Below are positions 1 through 11,212 of a stretch of 64,000 nucleotides of DNA, piece after piece (within the stretch, counting starts at the first letter, position 1; each line of letters begins with the position of its first letter). The DNA is taken from NCBI GenBank assembly GCA_038496445.1, contig JALMLS010000531.1, positions 262,755-326,754 of the forward strand, in the 5' to 3' direction. The notes beneath the pieces were generated by a model. It worked only from the letters and a program-made list of their open reading frames with translations, was not told the DNA's origin and ran no database searches. This DNA is from Trichosphaerium sp. ATCC 40318. Taxonomy: Eukaryota > Protista > Tubulinea. The translations under genes and the position numbers were made by a program.

Positions 1-299
1 TAACATTATTTCTTAGCATAGCATCATTGTTTGTTACAAGTTGCTTTCAATACTTTTCAAAAAGTGAGAAAGCTGATATATAACAATAAACTACATTATT
101 ACAAGTTTGAGCTCGCTAATGTTTTTGCTTGAACTTCAATATTGTCATTTGCATGTTACTGATGATATCTCAAAGAATTAACTCCAACTGAACATTATTC
201 AATCTACTACCTGAAGCACATGGTCGAGCAAAAATTTATTTATTCAACAAGAGACTGTACAAGGATTGCTAGTGCAAAGAAAAAGGAGCTCCTTAAGGA

Positions 300-1205
300 T
301 TATACCTTCGCTAATGTAGGTCTGAATTTTTTGAGTGCTGGGTCATCTTTACTGACCAAACCCTTCTTTACTTTACGAACTTGTGAAACGACTGTATCAA
401 ACTTTTTCATTTCAGGTACTTCAAATATGCCATCTCCATTGACCTTGTTATTTGGCATCTTCTTATAACGTTGTGCTAGTGTTGTTCCTTTAACCCAACC
501 ACATGCCCAAAGTGCATCAGGTTCAACAAGTGGACGAATAGAACCCTTGGAATTCAAGTAGAATCCACTTTTAAACCTTCTACATCCTGTTTTGTTGATC
601 ACTTTGCGAGCACCCTTCAATACCTCAAGTACAGCCGCAAGTGTTGCATTGGCTTCTGGCATTCCTGTCATCACGTAAAATGTTCTTTTACTGATTGGAT
701 GATTTCCTAGACCATAGGGTGAGTCATACATCACGATCACCAAAAGTAACAAAGCAAACAATTACATACCTAAACCAGATTTGATTTTTTCTTCAATCCA
801 TGCTGTACGAACTGCTTTTTGAATCTTATCGTATGGTGTCCACCATGTTCTCATTGAGCAAGAGTCGCTGATATGAGCACAATAACATGTACCATTTGGA
901 TTTGGGCTGATGATTCCGATACAAGGTGCCAAACCAGCAACACCACAAGGTTTTGCTATCATAAACTGTTAGACTACATCACAGGCTTTAGAACATACGC
1001 AATGACTTCATGAATGTGCCTCCGACACCTCCTCCAACAGTTGCAGGGTTAACTGTGGGTTTCTTTGTACTATCATGAAGAGTGTCAGTAATCATTGGAT
1101 TTCACTTGACGATAAATTAACGTACACTGGTGCCTTTGATGGTTTCTTCTTTTGAGTGACAACTTTCTTTGTCTTGTTGTTGGTTGATGTTTGTTTGTTT
1201 GACAT
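300..1205 (-). CDS. Putative Cys-His deamidase (CNF1/CheD/YfiH-like fold), copy A, 4 exons, about 247 aa
   Basis: Reverse-complement near-identical copy of 4483-5388, introns included. ATG at 1205, TAA at 300-302. Spliced product contains GVAGLAPCIGIISPNPNGTCYCAHIS. Confidence 0.7.
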
Positions 1206-1777
1206 ACTGATTGGTTTTTGTTATTTGTTTAGTTGTTGCGAGGTTGTTATATTTTGGTTATGTTTTGATTTTATTTTCTTGCTGTCAGTGAAATGTTGGC
1301 GCGACAGAAATTTCAACTTATTTTATCTTCCCGATGTACCCTTTATTCCACGAGACTTGTCGTTATGTTGCCACAAGTTGGATCGTAATACTAACGTGTA
1401 GCAGTCTTCCAGTTTGTATCAGTGGAGCTTTTATTATACTTACGTTATAAAGCCCTTTGTAACGCTCGCTTGATACTTTGGTGAGTATTTTTGGCGTCTC
1501 CAACTTGCTTAACCTAGAGAAAGTGCGTGAAATAATCAAAATTCGTTTCTAAACTCGAGTGTGCGAAACGACATACAATCACGTGTACATAGTTTACTGC
1601 TTGAATTCTAAACGAACTCATTAGAACAATTACATCTCAAGGTGTTGAGCATTAGTAGTTGTGATACACATAGAATGGAAAGTATTGAAAGGGTAAAAAG
1701 GGACACATGACACGTGATTACGAGACCTTCAAGTCAGGAAAAAAAACTGACTCTTTTTTCAAGTCCAAGTTTAGTTA

Positions 1778-3058
1778 ATGGGAAACCGTAAATCTCTAGA
1801 CACGTCTTCGTATGGTATTGATACATCTGACTGTGGCATACTGCCAAACGAGCTTCTAGCAGATATTTTTGATAACAGTAAATTATCTGAGCAAAGAACG
1901 TGCCTATTAGTATCAAAGAGATTCAAACACATAGTTGAAGCGACATACAAGGGCAAAGTGCGTTATTTTATTAGATATGGCTAAAAAAAGCAATCAAGCT
2001 TCTTAACTACGCTAGTTTCTCCATAGAGATCCTCCTGGTGTTGTTCCAATATGTTTTTTGGCTGATGGAGGTAATAAAAGTGTCAAACTTCATCAAAACA
2101 CGTTAACACGCGCTAAGGAGTTGGTAGCAAGTCAGCGTTTATTGTGAAATACCTAAACGATATTTTTGTACGAACTCTGAATTAGGTTTCGCTGATACAA
2201 CGCTGTGCGTTCTAAACACCTCTAGGTTAAAGAATACGACCCCACAATAGAAGATGTACGTATGTTAATCTTTTTAAGCTTATTTCCATCGTCTAATGGC
2301 CAGAAACGCTCAGATTCACTCTGGCAGTTGTACCTCCGTTAACGTTAACTTTATCAAGTTTTTCTTTTCTCTATTGATCTGTGACTCCACTAATGCATCT
2401 TAGAGCTACAGGTAGGTTCAAGCAAGTGCAAATGAGGTAATTTCGCATGTATACAAGCTGACTATGTTTCGTGGGCAACAGAAAAAGACAAAACATTGAT
2501 GGGATTGATGTTCTTTTGGAAATACTAGATACAGCAGGTCAAGAAGAGTTTAAGATACTAAGACCGCAGTACATTAAGAATCATAATGCGTTTATGCTTG
2601 GCTATAGCATAGTTGCACGTGAGACTTTTAAGACAGTACAAAAATTGTATGATGAAATACAATCTGCTAAAGGGAAAAGCTCTATGAAAAAGGTTCGATT
2701 GACGGTTTGTACTAGTTTTATACACGTTAATATTATCGTTCAAAGGTAGCTATAGTACTAGTTGGTCATAAATGTGACTTGGAAGAAAAACGCGTGGTGA
2801 CGTATGGAGAGGGTGAAGGTAAGAGACATTAAAGAAAAGATAATAAGAATATAAAAGGAAATATTTTAAACTTAATCTTCGTTTTAGAACTTGCAAAACA
2901 ATGGGGTGTTCCTTTCTTTGAGACATCGGCATTTACGGGAGTAAATATAGAAAACTCTTTATTTACTTTAGTCAGAGAGTACACTCAACAACTAGAAATA
3001 AAAAAGTTGTTTTTACTAACCATAGCGTAGGTACTGGGAAAAAAGGCCAACGGGATAA
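1778..3058 (+). CDS. F-box-Ras family small GTPase fusion, 9 exons, about 241 aa
   Basis: Exons 1778-1957, 2016-2070, 2118-2167, 2226-2255, 2404-2411, 2482-2692, 2746-2818, 2888-2978 and 3031-3058 sum to 726 nt in one open frame. F-box-like LPNELLADIFDNSKLSEQRTCLLVSKRFKHIV; Ras motifs YDPTIEDSYRK, ILDTAGQEEF, VGHKCDL and FFETSA. Confidence 0.85.
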
Positions 3059-3227
3059 CGACGCACTCCACAAGATTAGGCCTTAACGAATTGTAATAAA
3101 GACATGTTCACGTGATTGTTTAATTTGATTTTCACGCCGTTTCTCGATAACATTTCACATAAAATTTAGTACTGCTCGTCATGGTTGTACTAGCATATTA
3201 GAAGGCGTGTAACCATGCTTAGAACAT

Positions 3228-3645
3228 TCAAACTTTTTCATATCAGGTACTTCGAATACGCCATCTCCATTGATCTTGTTATTTGGCATCTTCTTATATC
3301 GTTGTGCTTGTTTTGTGTCTTTACCCCAACCACATGCCCAAAGTTCGTACAGCATGGATTGAAGAAAAAATCAAATCTGGTTTAGGTATGTAATTGTTTG
3401 CTTTGTTACTTTTGGTGATCGTGATGTATGACTCACCCTATGGTCTAGGAAATCATCCAATCAGTAAAAGAACATTTTACGTGATGACAGGAATGCCAAA
3501 AGCCAATGCAACACTTGCAGCTGTACTTGAGGTATTGAAGGGTGCTCGCAAAGTGATCAACAAAACAGGATGTCAAGGGTTTAAAAGTGGATTCTACTTA
3601 GATTCCAAGGGTTCTATTCATCCTCTTGTTGAACCTGATGCACTT
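3228..3645. pseudogene. Rearranged partial third copy of the deamidase gene (inverted 3' piece joined to a forward internal piece)
   Basis: 3228-3344 is the reverse complement of about 5176-5290 (diverged). 3342-3645 matches about 4875-5177 forward and retains the intron. No start exons and no catalytic Cys-His. Confidence 0.8.
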
Positions 3646-4482
3646 GAAATTCAGACAAGTGCTGGCAAAAGTATGAACGCACATTCTTACCATTGACTTT
3701 CACGTTATGTAAATACTGTTAATAAACACAATTTGTTTTACAGGTGCTGATTAACTAGCAGGCTTTTACTCAGCCATTTTTGTTCGCTCAAACCGAACAA
3801 CTCTAACAAGGCTGACTATTCATGACATTGTTTCGCGCAATGATTGGCGGTGACAGTATAAACCATTCCGTTGTATTCATCCCAAAACGTACGGCTGATT
3901 CTCCAACCTACCAAGATTCAAGCACAGCATGACAACTGTTCACTTTATCGACATGCAAGTGTTTTGGCAGTTAACTCATCCTGATTGTTATCTTGGCTTT
4001 CTCCAAGCGTTGCTGTGTAACGCGCTGCAAATTATTAGTTTTAAATCCTAAAATAGTTTTGATTACACTGACACGTGATATAGTTTGATTGAATAAATCG
4101 GTTCATAGTACATGCTCGTTTACGTTTCTAGTCTGTAATTGATGTTAAGATTCGCGTTATTTATTTCACGATGTTTCTCGTGAGATTTCACGTAAAACTT
4201 ATTGATAGGCTTCTTGTCACGTTTCTGCCTTAAGAATGACCGTGATCAACCCTAAAAGCGGTAGTGTAGACTATAAACTATACATACCATTAAATAGGTT
4301 GATAAAGCTCCAATACGTAGTATTAGCACTCGCTAATACTATGTATCGCGAAAGAAGTGCTCGTGCAGCAAAGTGTTTATCGAGGAAACCAAATAAAAAT
4401 TGTGGTTGTCACGTCATTCTTGTTTCACTGACTTTACAAAAATCAAAATCAACAACAACCAACACAAACAACAACAAGCTAA

Positions 4483-5388
4483 ATGTCAAACAAACAAACA
4501 TCAACCAACAACAAGACAAAGAAACTTGTCACTCAAAAGAAGAAACCATCAAAGGCACCAGTGTACGTTAATTTATCGTCAAGTGAAATCCAATGATTAC
4601 TGACACTCTTTATGATAGTACAAAGAAACCCACAGTTAACCCTGCAACTGTTGGAGGAGGTGTCGGAGGCACATTCATGAAGTCATTGCGTATGTTCTAA
4701 AGCCTGTGATGTATTCTAACAGTTTATGATAGCAAAACCTTGTGGTGTTGCTGGTTTGGCACCTTGTATCGGAATCATCAGCCCAAATCCAAATGGTACA
4801 TGTTATTGTGCTCATATCAGCGATTCTTGCTCAATGAGAACATGGTGGACACCATACGATAAGATTCAAAAAGCAGTTCGTACAGCTTGGATTGAAGAAA
4901 AAATCAAATCTGGTTTAGGTATGTAATTGTTCGCTTTGTTACTTTTGGTGATCGTGATGTATGACTCACCCTATGGTCTAGGAAATCATCCAATCAGTAA
5001 AAGAACATTTTACGTGATGACAGGAATGCCAAAAGCCAATGCAACACTTGCAGCTGTACTTGAGGTATTGAAGGGTGCTCGCAAAGTGATCAACAAAACA
5101 GGATGTAGAAGGTTTAAAAGTGGATTCTACTTGAATTCCAAGGGTTCTATTCGTCCACTTGTTGAACCTGATGCACTTTGGGCATGTGGTTGGGTTAAAG
5201 GAACAACACTATCACAACGTTATAAGAAGATGCCAAATAACAAGGTCAATGGAGATGGCATATTTGAAGTACCTGAAATGAAAAAGTTTGATACAGTCGT
5301 TTCACAAGTTCGTAAAGTAAAGAAGGGTTTGGTCAGTAAAGATGACCCAGCACTCAAAAAATTCAGGCCTGTATTGGCGAAGGTATGA
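4483..5388 (+). CDS. Putative Cys-His deamidase (CNF1/CheD/YfiH-like fold), copy B, 247 aa
   Basis: Exons 4483-4562, 4619-4689, 4733-4918 and 4982-5388 (GT-AG introns) total 744 nt in frame: MSNKQTSTNNKTKKLVTQKKKPSKAPVTKKPTVNPATVGGGVGGTFMKSLPKPCGVAGLAPCIGIISPNPNGTCYCAHIS...PVLAKV. Cys and His are 16 residues apart after a GL motif, as in the CheD GLGSCV...AH motif. Confidence 0.7.
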
Positions 5389-5542
5389 TCACGTGCGAAC
5401 TTTCGTATCGTTGGATGATAAGCCTTGTATATACTACTATAAATAAACAAACCCTTTATCAATACTTTTTTATTTTATTCAGCTGAGGTAAGTCACAGAC
5501 AATATAGGGCTTAGAGTAGCAGTATTTCTAGACTCTAGAATC

Positions 5543-7430
5543 TAGAATTTATCTGTAAAGTTAATTGGATGGGCATCTCTCAGAGCTACATGTAGAAAAC
5601 ACATTTTTTCTGCCATTTTAACTGTATCAGTCATAGCTTTTTCACCACTTCTTGAGTTAACAGATATGTGTGTATGTAAACTTCCACCCAGCTCATCATG
5701 TACTTGCTCTTGATAAAGCTAAAAAAAGTAACAACACGTGTTAATAAAGAGCAAAAAGGGTTGAGATTCCGTTTGATTTTAGTCCAAAACTTGATCGTAC
5801 TTGTAAGTCTTTTGTTTCAATCTTCTTGATTTTAGCATATCTCTCAATCTGTGTCATGTAACAGAATAATATAGCCATGTTCATATACATCTGACTTGAT
5901 GGGAAAGTAGTATCGGCATTGTGCACAACATCACTTTCAAATCCGTAAGTACTTCCTGAATGAAATATTAAAATCCAAAGACACGAGTGGTTTTTTATAA
6001 GAGTTTTCCGACCTGTTGGTACTATAGAGCCTACTTTACATATTGTAGCGGAATTAGGTGATGCAGTACACTCGGATACGAATTCCAAGCTTCTGTCTTG
6101 CTCAGGTAGAAGTGCTAGGCCAACACCTTCGGCGTGACCCTAATATTTTTTTTTCAGAAAGTACTTGATAAAAGTGTTAAGCTTACATTTTTAGTCACTT
6201 GATGTAACCTTGTCACAAACTCTTTCCCGTCCTTAACTTCAAGTGTATCTAACCATTGCTTTATATCACTACGTATTTTTTCCTCAGGGGTATGGTTTGG
6301 AGATAGTTTTTGTGAATTGTCGTTCCAAGTCAAGGCGAAAGTATTATTCGCCATAGCAGAGCTTGTTTTAACAAAATATCAACGAGGAAGCACTCCTAGA
6401 CACTCAACGTACTTGTAAAATCTACCAACACCGCTTTCAGATAGGCTCTTTGTAATATCGGCTGTATTACCCGAACTCGTTAAATTAGACACCCAGAAAT
6501 CTGGTGGTAAAGCCTTAGCGTCCATATCGCCTCTTAAAACTGATCCTTTTAATGCAAATCTTAAACGGAAAAAAATGTCAGTTTAGGATACACAAAACCA
6601 ATTAAATACGATAAATGCATTGTACATATACCGCTTGTTATTGTGGTATTACCTTGTACGAAGTTTAGACTCGTAAAGTTTATCCAACAAAGAGCTCTCA
6701 AGAGCTTTTCTATGTGCATGAAGAAGAGAAAAGTGCGCGCCAGCTGTAAAGTAACAAAGAGGCGAGGGTGCAGAATCAGAAGCGTCAAGAGGGTAGCCTT
6801 CATCACACGTCATTTGGAACGCGTTACCTAACAATAAACATTAGAAAAAAAATACAAAAACGAACTGTAACAACAAAAAGGTACAAGAAACAAGCACTCC
6901 CATGCGTGTATTTGCAAAAATATCACGTGCCTGTAGTCAAGTCAACAATTCGGCCTACTTTTTTAAAACGCGCTACGCTCGTAGCAGTGGCTACGAAATG
7001 GCTTGGCGCGCTAGCAGTAGGAGATGGAGCGTTATCTGTAACCAAAGGACAACAAATCGCTAACGGAAAATTTTAGCCGTTTAGAAAATCGTTGCATCTA
7101 AGAAATACGGTTATTGTTTATACGCACGTTGATGGTCTTGTGGTGTAGTATAGAACCGTTTTATTTTATCACGTTTAGAAGTACGACGAATTGAGAAACA
7201 TCGTAATTTCTGAGAGCTTAACATACTGATATCCAAAAGAATCTAGTTTTTCTGTTCGTTAGTTTTCACGCGAAATGATTGACAAAAAAACACCTCAACG
7301 TCAAAGCTAGTCATTACTCGCTACAACTGATACATGCTTTTCCTTATCAGTTGTTGCACCCACGACGCTGAGCGGCCTCCTCCATTACGTACAATATTGT
7401 TTTTCTTTGTAAAATTGCTAAGAGTCATGA
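5543..7430 (-). CDS. Hypothetical multi-exon protein (5' end uncertain)
   Basis: ORFs 5741-6088, 6154-6354 and 6649-6834 join in phase through short introns, one with a GC donor at 6930. No recognisable domain. Confidence 0.5.
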
Positions 7431-7795
7431 CCTGAAAAAAACTGTTGAAACATGACACCATTTGTGGAAACAAAAGATAGGTCACGTGCCTTTTAACGAT
7501 GGAACTTGCGTAACGTCACGTGACGTGCTCTGTATTTTTCTGTTGTTTCCTATACGGTTTTTCTTTTGGTAAAATGGTCACGTTTACCTTCATCGCAAAA
7601 AAAAAAAAAGATCGCCAAGAACTGAACCGACTTTCTGACTATTTTACAATTTATTGCGACAAATACTCGTGTTAATTCCGTAGAAGGCAGTCTGTACAAA
7701 TATACACGCACAGCAGGTTTGATTTGCAGGCACATGGGGTGTTTTGGGGTTGTTTAAAAGGTATAAATTAAATAAAGAAAAAAATAAAAACATCC

Positions 7796-9757
7796 TCAAG
7801 TGGAAGTAGTCTTTTTCTTCGATGCAAGATCAATACGGTCCAACATTGGACTATCACCAAATTCTCCGTCTTCTTGTAACCCCAATGATCCTCTACGACG
7901 TGGAATCTTAAACGGTTTAAGAGTTTCAAGTGGTTCTAGGCCCTACAAGAGAGTTAATGCGTCAAACCGAAAAAAAACAGAAAAAGAAATCCTTTTCTGG
8001 GGTTTTTGCTTTAAATTATTCCGACTTTGTTTACCTTCTTAGCAAGCTCTTTTAGCCGTTCTTCTTGAGCTAATAACTTAGCCAATGGTCCTTTCAATGC
8101 AGATTTAGTAAAATGAGCCACATGAAAATGGTTCTGTACAGCCTAAACAATCATTAATCGAAAAAAACCTCGGAGAAATTCTTAAACTTCTCAAGAAAAT
8201 TATTTTAGGTGTTTCTTTATATCCACAAAATCCACTAACAACCAAAAAGGTGTACAGTGAATCATATTTTGAACAAAATCTCAAAAAAGAGACCACAAGG
8301 GAACAAAATAATGGAAAAATTCACTAAACTTCCGAACAAAGAGTTTTGCAGGAAACGTGTACAAATAAAAAAAAAAACCCGAACAAAAAAGCCTTTAAAA
8401 AAAAACGTACTTCTCCTTCAGTAAAGTCAGCGCAAATTTCAAATTTCGCTTCTTCATGTTCTTTTACTACACAAAGGGAAAACGTTGGAGGCGATTTAAT
8501 AACGACAATAAGCATGCTTGAGTCTGCGTTCACATGATCTAGCGCTAACCCACCAATATCATCAAAACAAAGCTCCATGCGTAGTATAGTGCCAGTTTGA
8601 TATATTTCCCAGTATATAATACGTTCCTATGGACGTTTAAGAGAAATAATAAAATAACGTAGTCAGTAATCCTCTACGCACATTAAAGTCAATTCTTGCA
8701 ACCATATCCCCACAAAACATTGAGTTCTTTGTCCAGCGGCCAACATTAAGCATAAGCATTGGTAAGAACACAACAGAACCGTCAAAATTTGTTTGTTCTG
8801 GTGGTAATTCCTCTTGGGCTTTCTTTAGCTCGCTAGAGTACTTTTGCGCCAGTTTAAGATCAGAAGAGAGCACATCAGTGTTCTAATTTGCGTTAATTTC
8901 AAGCCACATGAGTTTATCAAGCTACTGATAGTCTAAATCATACGGCAAGCATGCTATAAAGTTGCTTTCGATAATAATAACGGCGTAGTATAATACTAAA
9001 AGGCTCAAAACGGTTCGTACCAAAAAGAAAGGTGGATCATGCGTTTTATTTTGATCTTCCCATTGTCCATAACGTTCATGGTTTGCACCGTATACAGCAC
9101 CTATTATTTTGTTATTTAATTGATATAAAAGTGAATGTAGTGTATGTAAGGGCAAGATCTTCTTAAAATGTCGTACTTGGATGTGATGGCACTGGATAGG
9201 CTATTGGTGTAGGATAAACACGCGCTTGTGTAAATGGAGAATAGCCATGCCTACGGTCAGGGTATTGGGCTGTTCGTGGACCACCAAAAGGACCCTGTAA
9301 CAGAATTAAGAATTTCACTCTAAAACATCCAAGAAAATTTATTATTTTATCAATAAAATTGACGTACAGCGTTGAAAATGTGACTACCCTCCCTTTGTTG
9401 TCGGGCTTGCTTCTTTCTCTGTAAATCTGGGTGTTTTAACCGTTTATGCATTTTAAGGGCTCCTGCAATGCGTTAATATGGTTTGGGACGTAATAGGGGT
9501 GACATCCGCTAGCTAGAAATGGCAGCCCCAATAAATGCCTGTTGGTTGAAATATTGCTCACCTTCAGATCCATATGCCTTGTTACAGCCTAAATAATCGC
9601 ATTTCCAGTTTCTAGCGATTTCATCTTTGGTTCGTCTGTGACGTTTTTTTTTCCTTGTCGGGCTCTCTGGGTTACTACCCTTTCTCTATTGATGCGGTGA
9701 GTAACTGTGTCGCGTGAAATGAGCCGGTACTTTTGGTGCGGGGCTTTTTGCGTCCAT
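7796..9757 (-). CDS. C2H2 zinc finger plus TRF2/HOY1-type PH-like domain protein (putative transcription factor)
   Basis: Spliced KKKRHRRTKDEIARNWKCDYLGCNKAYGSEGALKMHKRLKHP (C2H2). C-terminal NVGRW..GDMVARIDFNERIIYWEI..RMELCFDDI..PPTF..DFTEGEA..H..HF..LAKLLAQEERL resembles the plant/fungal TRF2/HOY1 PH-like domain (from memory). Confidence 0.7.
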
Positions 9758-11212
9758 GATATAACTCTGATAGGTGTCCTTTGTACTGGTAGTGCTATAC
9801 GCACTTGTTGGGTTTGATTATGTTCTTAACCAGAAGATCTGCTGTCTGTTTACCGCGTTAATACGTATGAAGAGTAATGCTAAGTACTATTGGTTGAGAC
9901 AATCGCGACATGGCGTAAATTACTAACCAAAACAACAAAAACAAGCTGAAATATCAGCATTTGGCGGTGGCGTACGTATTTCTGGCGCTAGTTCCAGATG
10001 GCGCGACCAATTGTGGCGAGTTTCACCCCCTTAGCGAGTGTGAGTTACAAAGACTGAAATTAAAATTTCTGTGGAGGTTTTTTTCGGTAACTTTAGAACT
10101 TTGGTTGTTCACGTCAACATGGGGTTATAGAAAGTCCGCTCTCAAGAAACAACCAGTAGCTATAGTAGTACGCTCTAGAAGGTTTATCGTAGGTACAAAT
10201 GTGGTATTTTCTGTAAGTTGTCAGTTCATGTCTGTGTGATAATAAAGATCATTTCAAAGGCCTTCTTACTGCGTACTAAGCAGTATACGTTCGTCTCCGA
10301 AACTATGGGTGGTACTCGCCTATTTGGGTTTCCGATATAAACCAGACGCAATGCACGAGAATCTCGCCCTCGAGATACAGTGACTTGGAGAGAACGCTCG
10401 CATTAGTTTAAGGGCAACAAGCGCAGAATTTATTATTGGCCGCGCGAAGATGAACAAACATATTTCTACTCTGACAGCCTGCCATAGCCTTTATAACTAC
10501 GTTAAAATATCAAACCGCATATGGAAAAACAGGTGTGGCAATTACTTCACGTAATGCCATTTGTAGTTTTGGACCGACGCAGTACTTTTTTACTGATTTA
10601 GCCGCATGTAGTTTGAGAACCTTCCGTAAAATTGTAAAGCGCCCAGTAATCCACACAGAAGCAACTTCAAAGTAAGTGTATTTTTAGGATATTGTGTACA
10701 CTTCTTGTGCTGTTGCTTTGGTACTGCAGGCTACAGTATTTCCACATCTTCATTTCAAGCAGGAGACGTGCCTAGTGCGCCATTAAAGCGTGGAAAAAAC
10801 CTGCCAGTAAAACTTGGTACATAGTTTAAATGCAAGTGTTATAATAGGGAACATAACACCAAATTTCTATCTTCTACTACGTTTACTTTTTTCAACTAGT
10901 AGCGGAAAACTACTAACAGTTTGTGAAGTTACATGAAAACACTAACGCATGCTGTCGTGAAGGGAACAAATTTTTTTTCAAGTTGAGGCTGCACAATTTT
11001 CACAAGGTCCTACTGGATTGATAGATAATTACTACATGTGTATTCTAAGGCACCCTTCAGAAATTACAGCGACATAAGTCTCTACCATGCCAAGAAAATT
11101 GAGATTTACCGTAAACTCGAGTGGGTCAATTCTGCACTTTTGGTGTTTTCCTTTGAATATTCATGAATGTAAAAAATATTATTCGGGCTTCGGGTTAACA
11201 TCAATAGAGAAC

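Larger units (their letters stand above)
300..5388. repeat. Inverted duplication of about 0.9 kb (300-1205 vs 4483-5388) enclosing the F-box-Ras gene
   Basis: Direct comparison shows only scattered substitutions between ATG and stop. Identity drops sharply outside the CDS. Confidence 0.95.

Noticed and set aside
762-962. Abutting 66-aa and 153-aa ORFs (also 4726-5388) as a two-gene operon or stop-codon readthrough
   Set aside because: A GT-AG intron (4919-4981 in copy B) removes the stop and joins them in frame.
300-5388. Inverted repeats as transposon TIRs or a composite element
   Set aside because: The repeats coincide with a spliced CDS from ATG to stop. No transposase, terminal motif or target-site duplication is visible.
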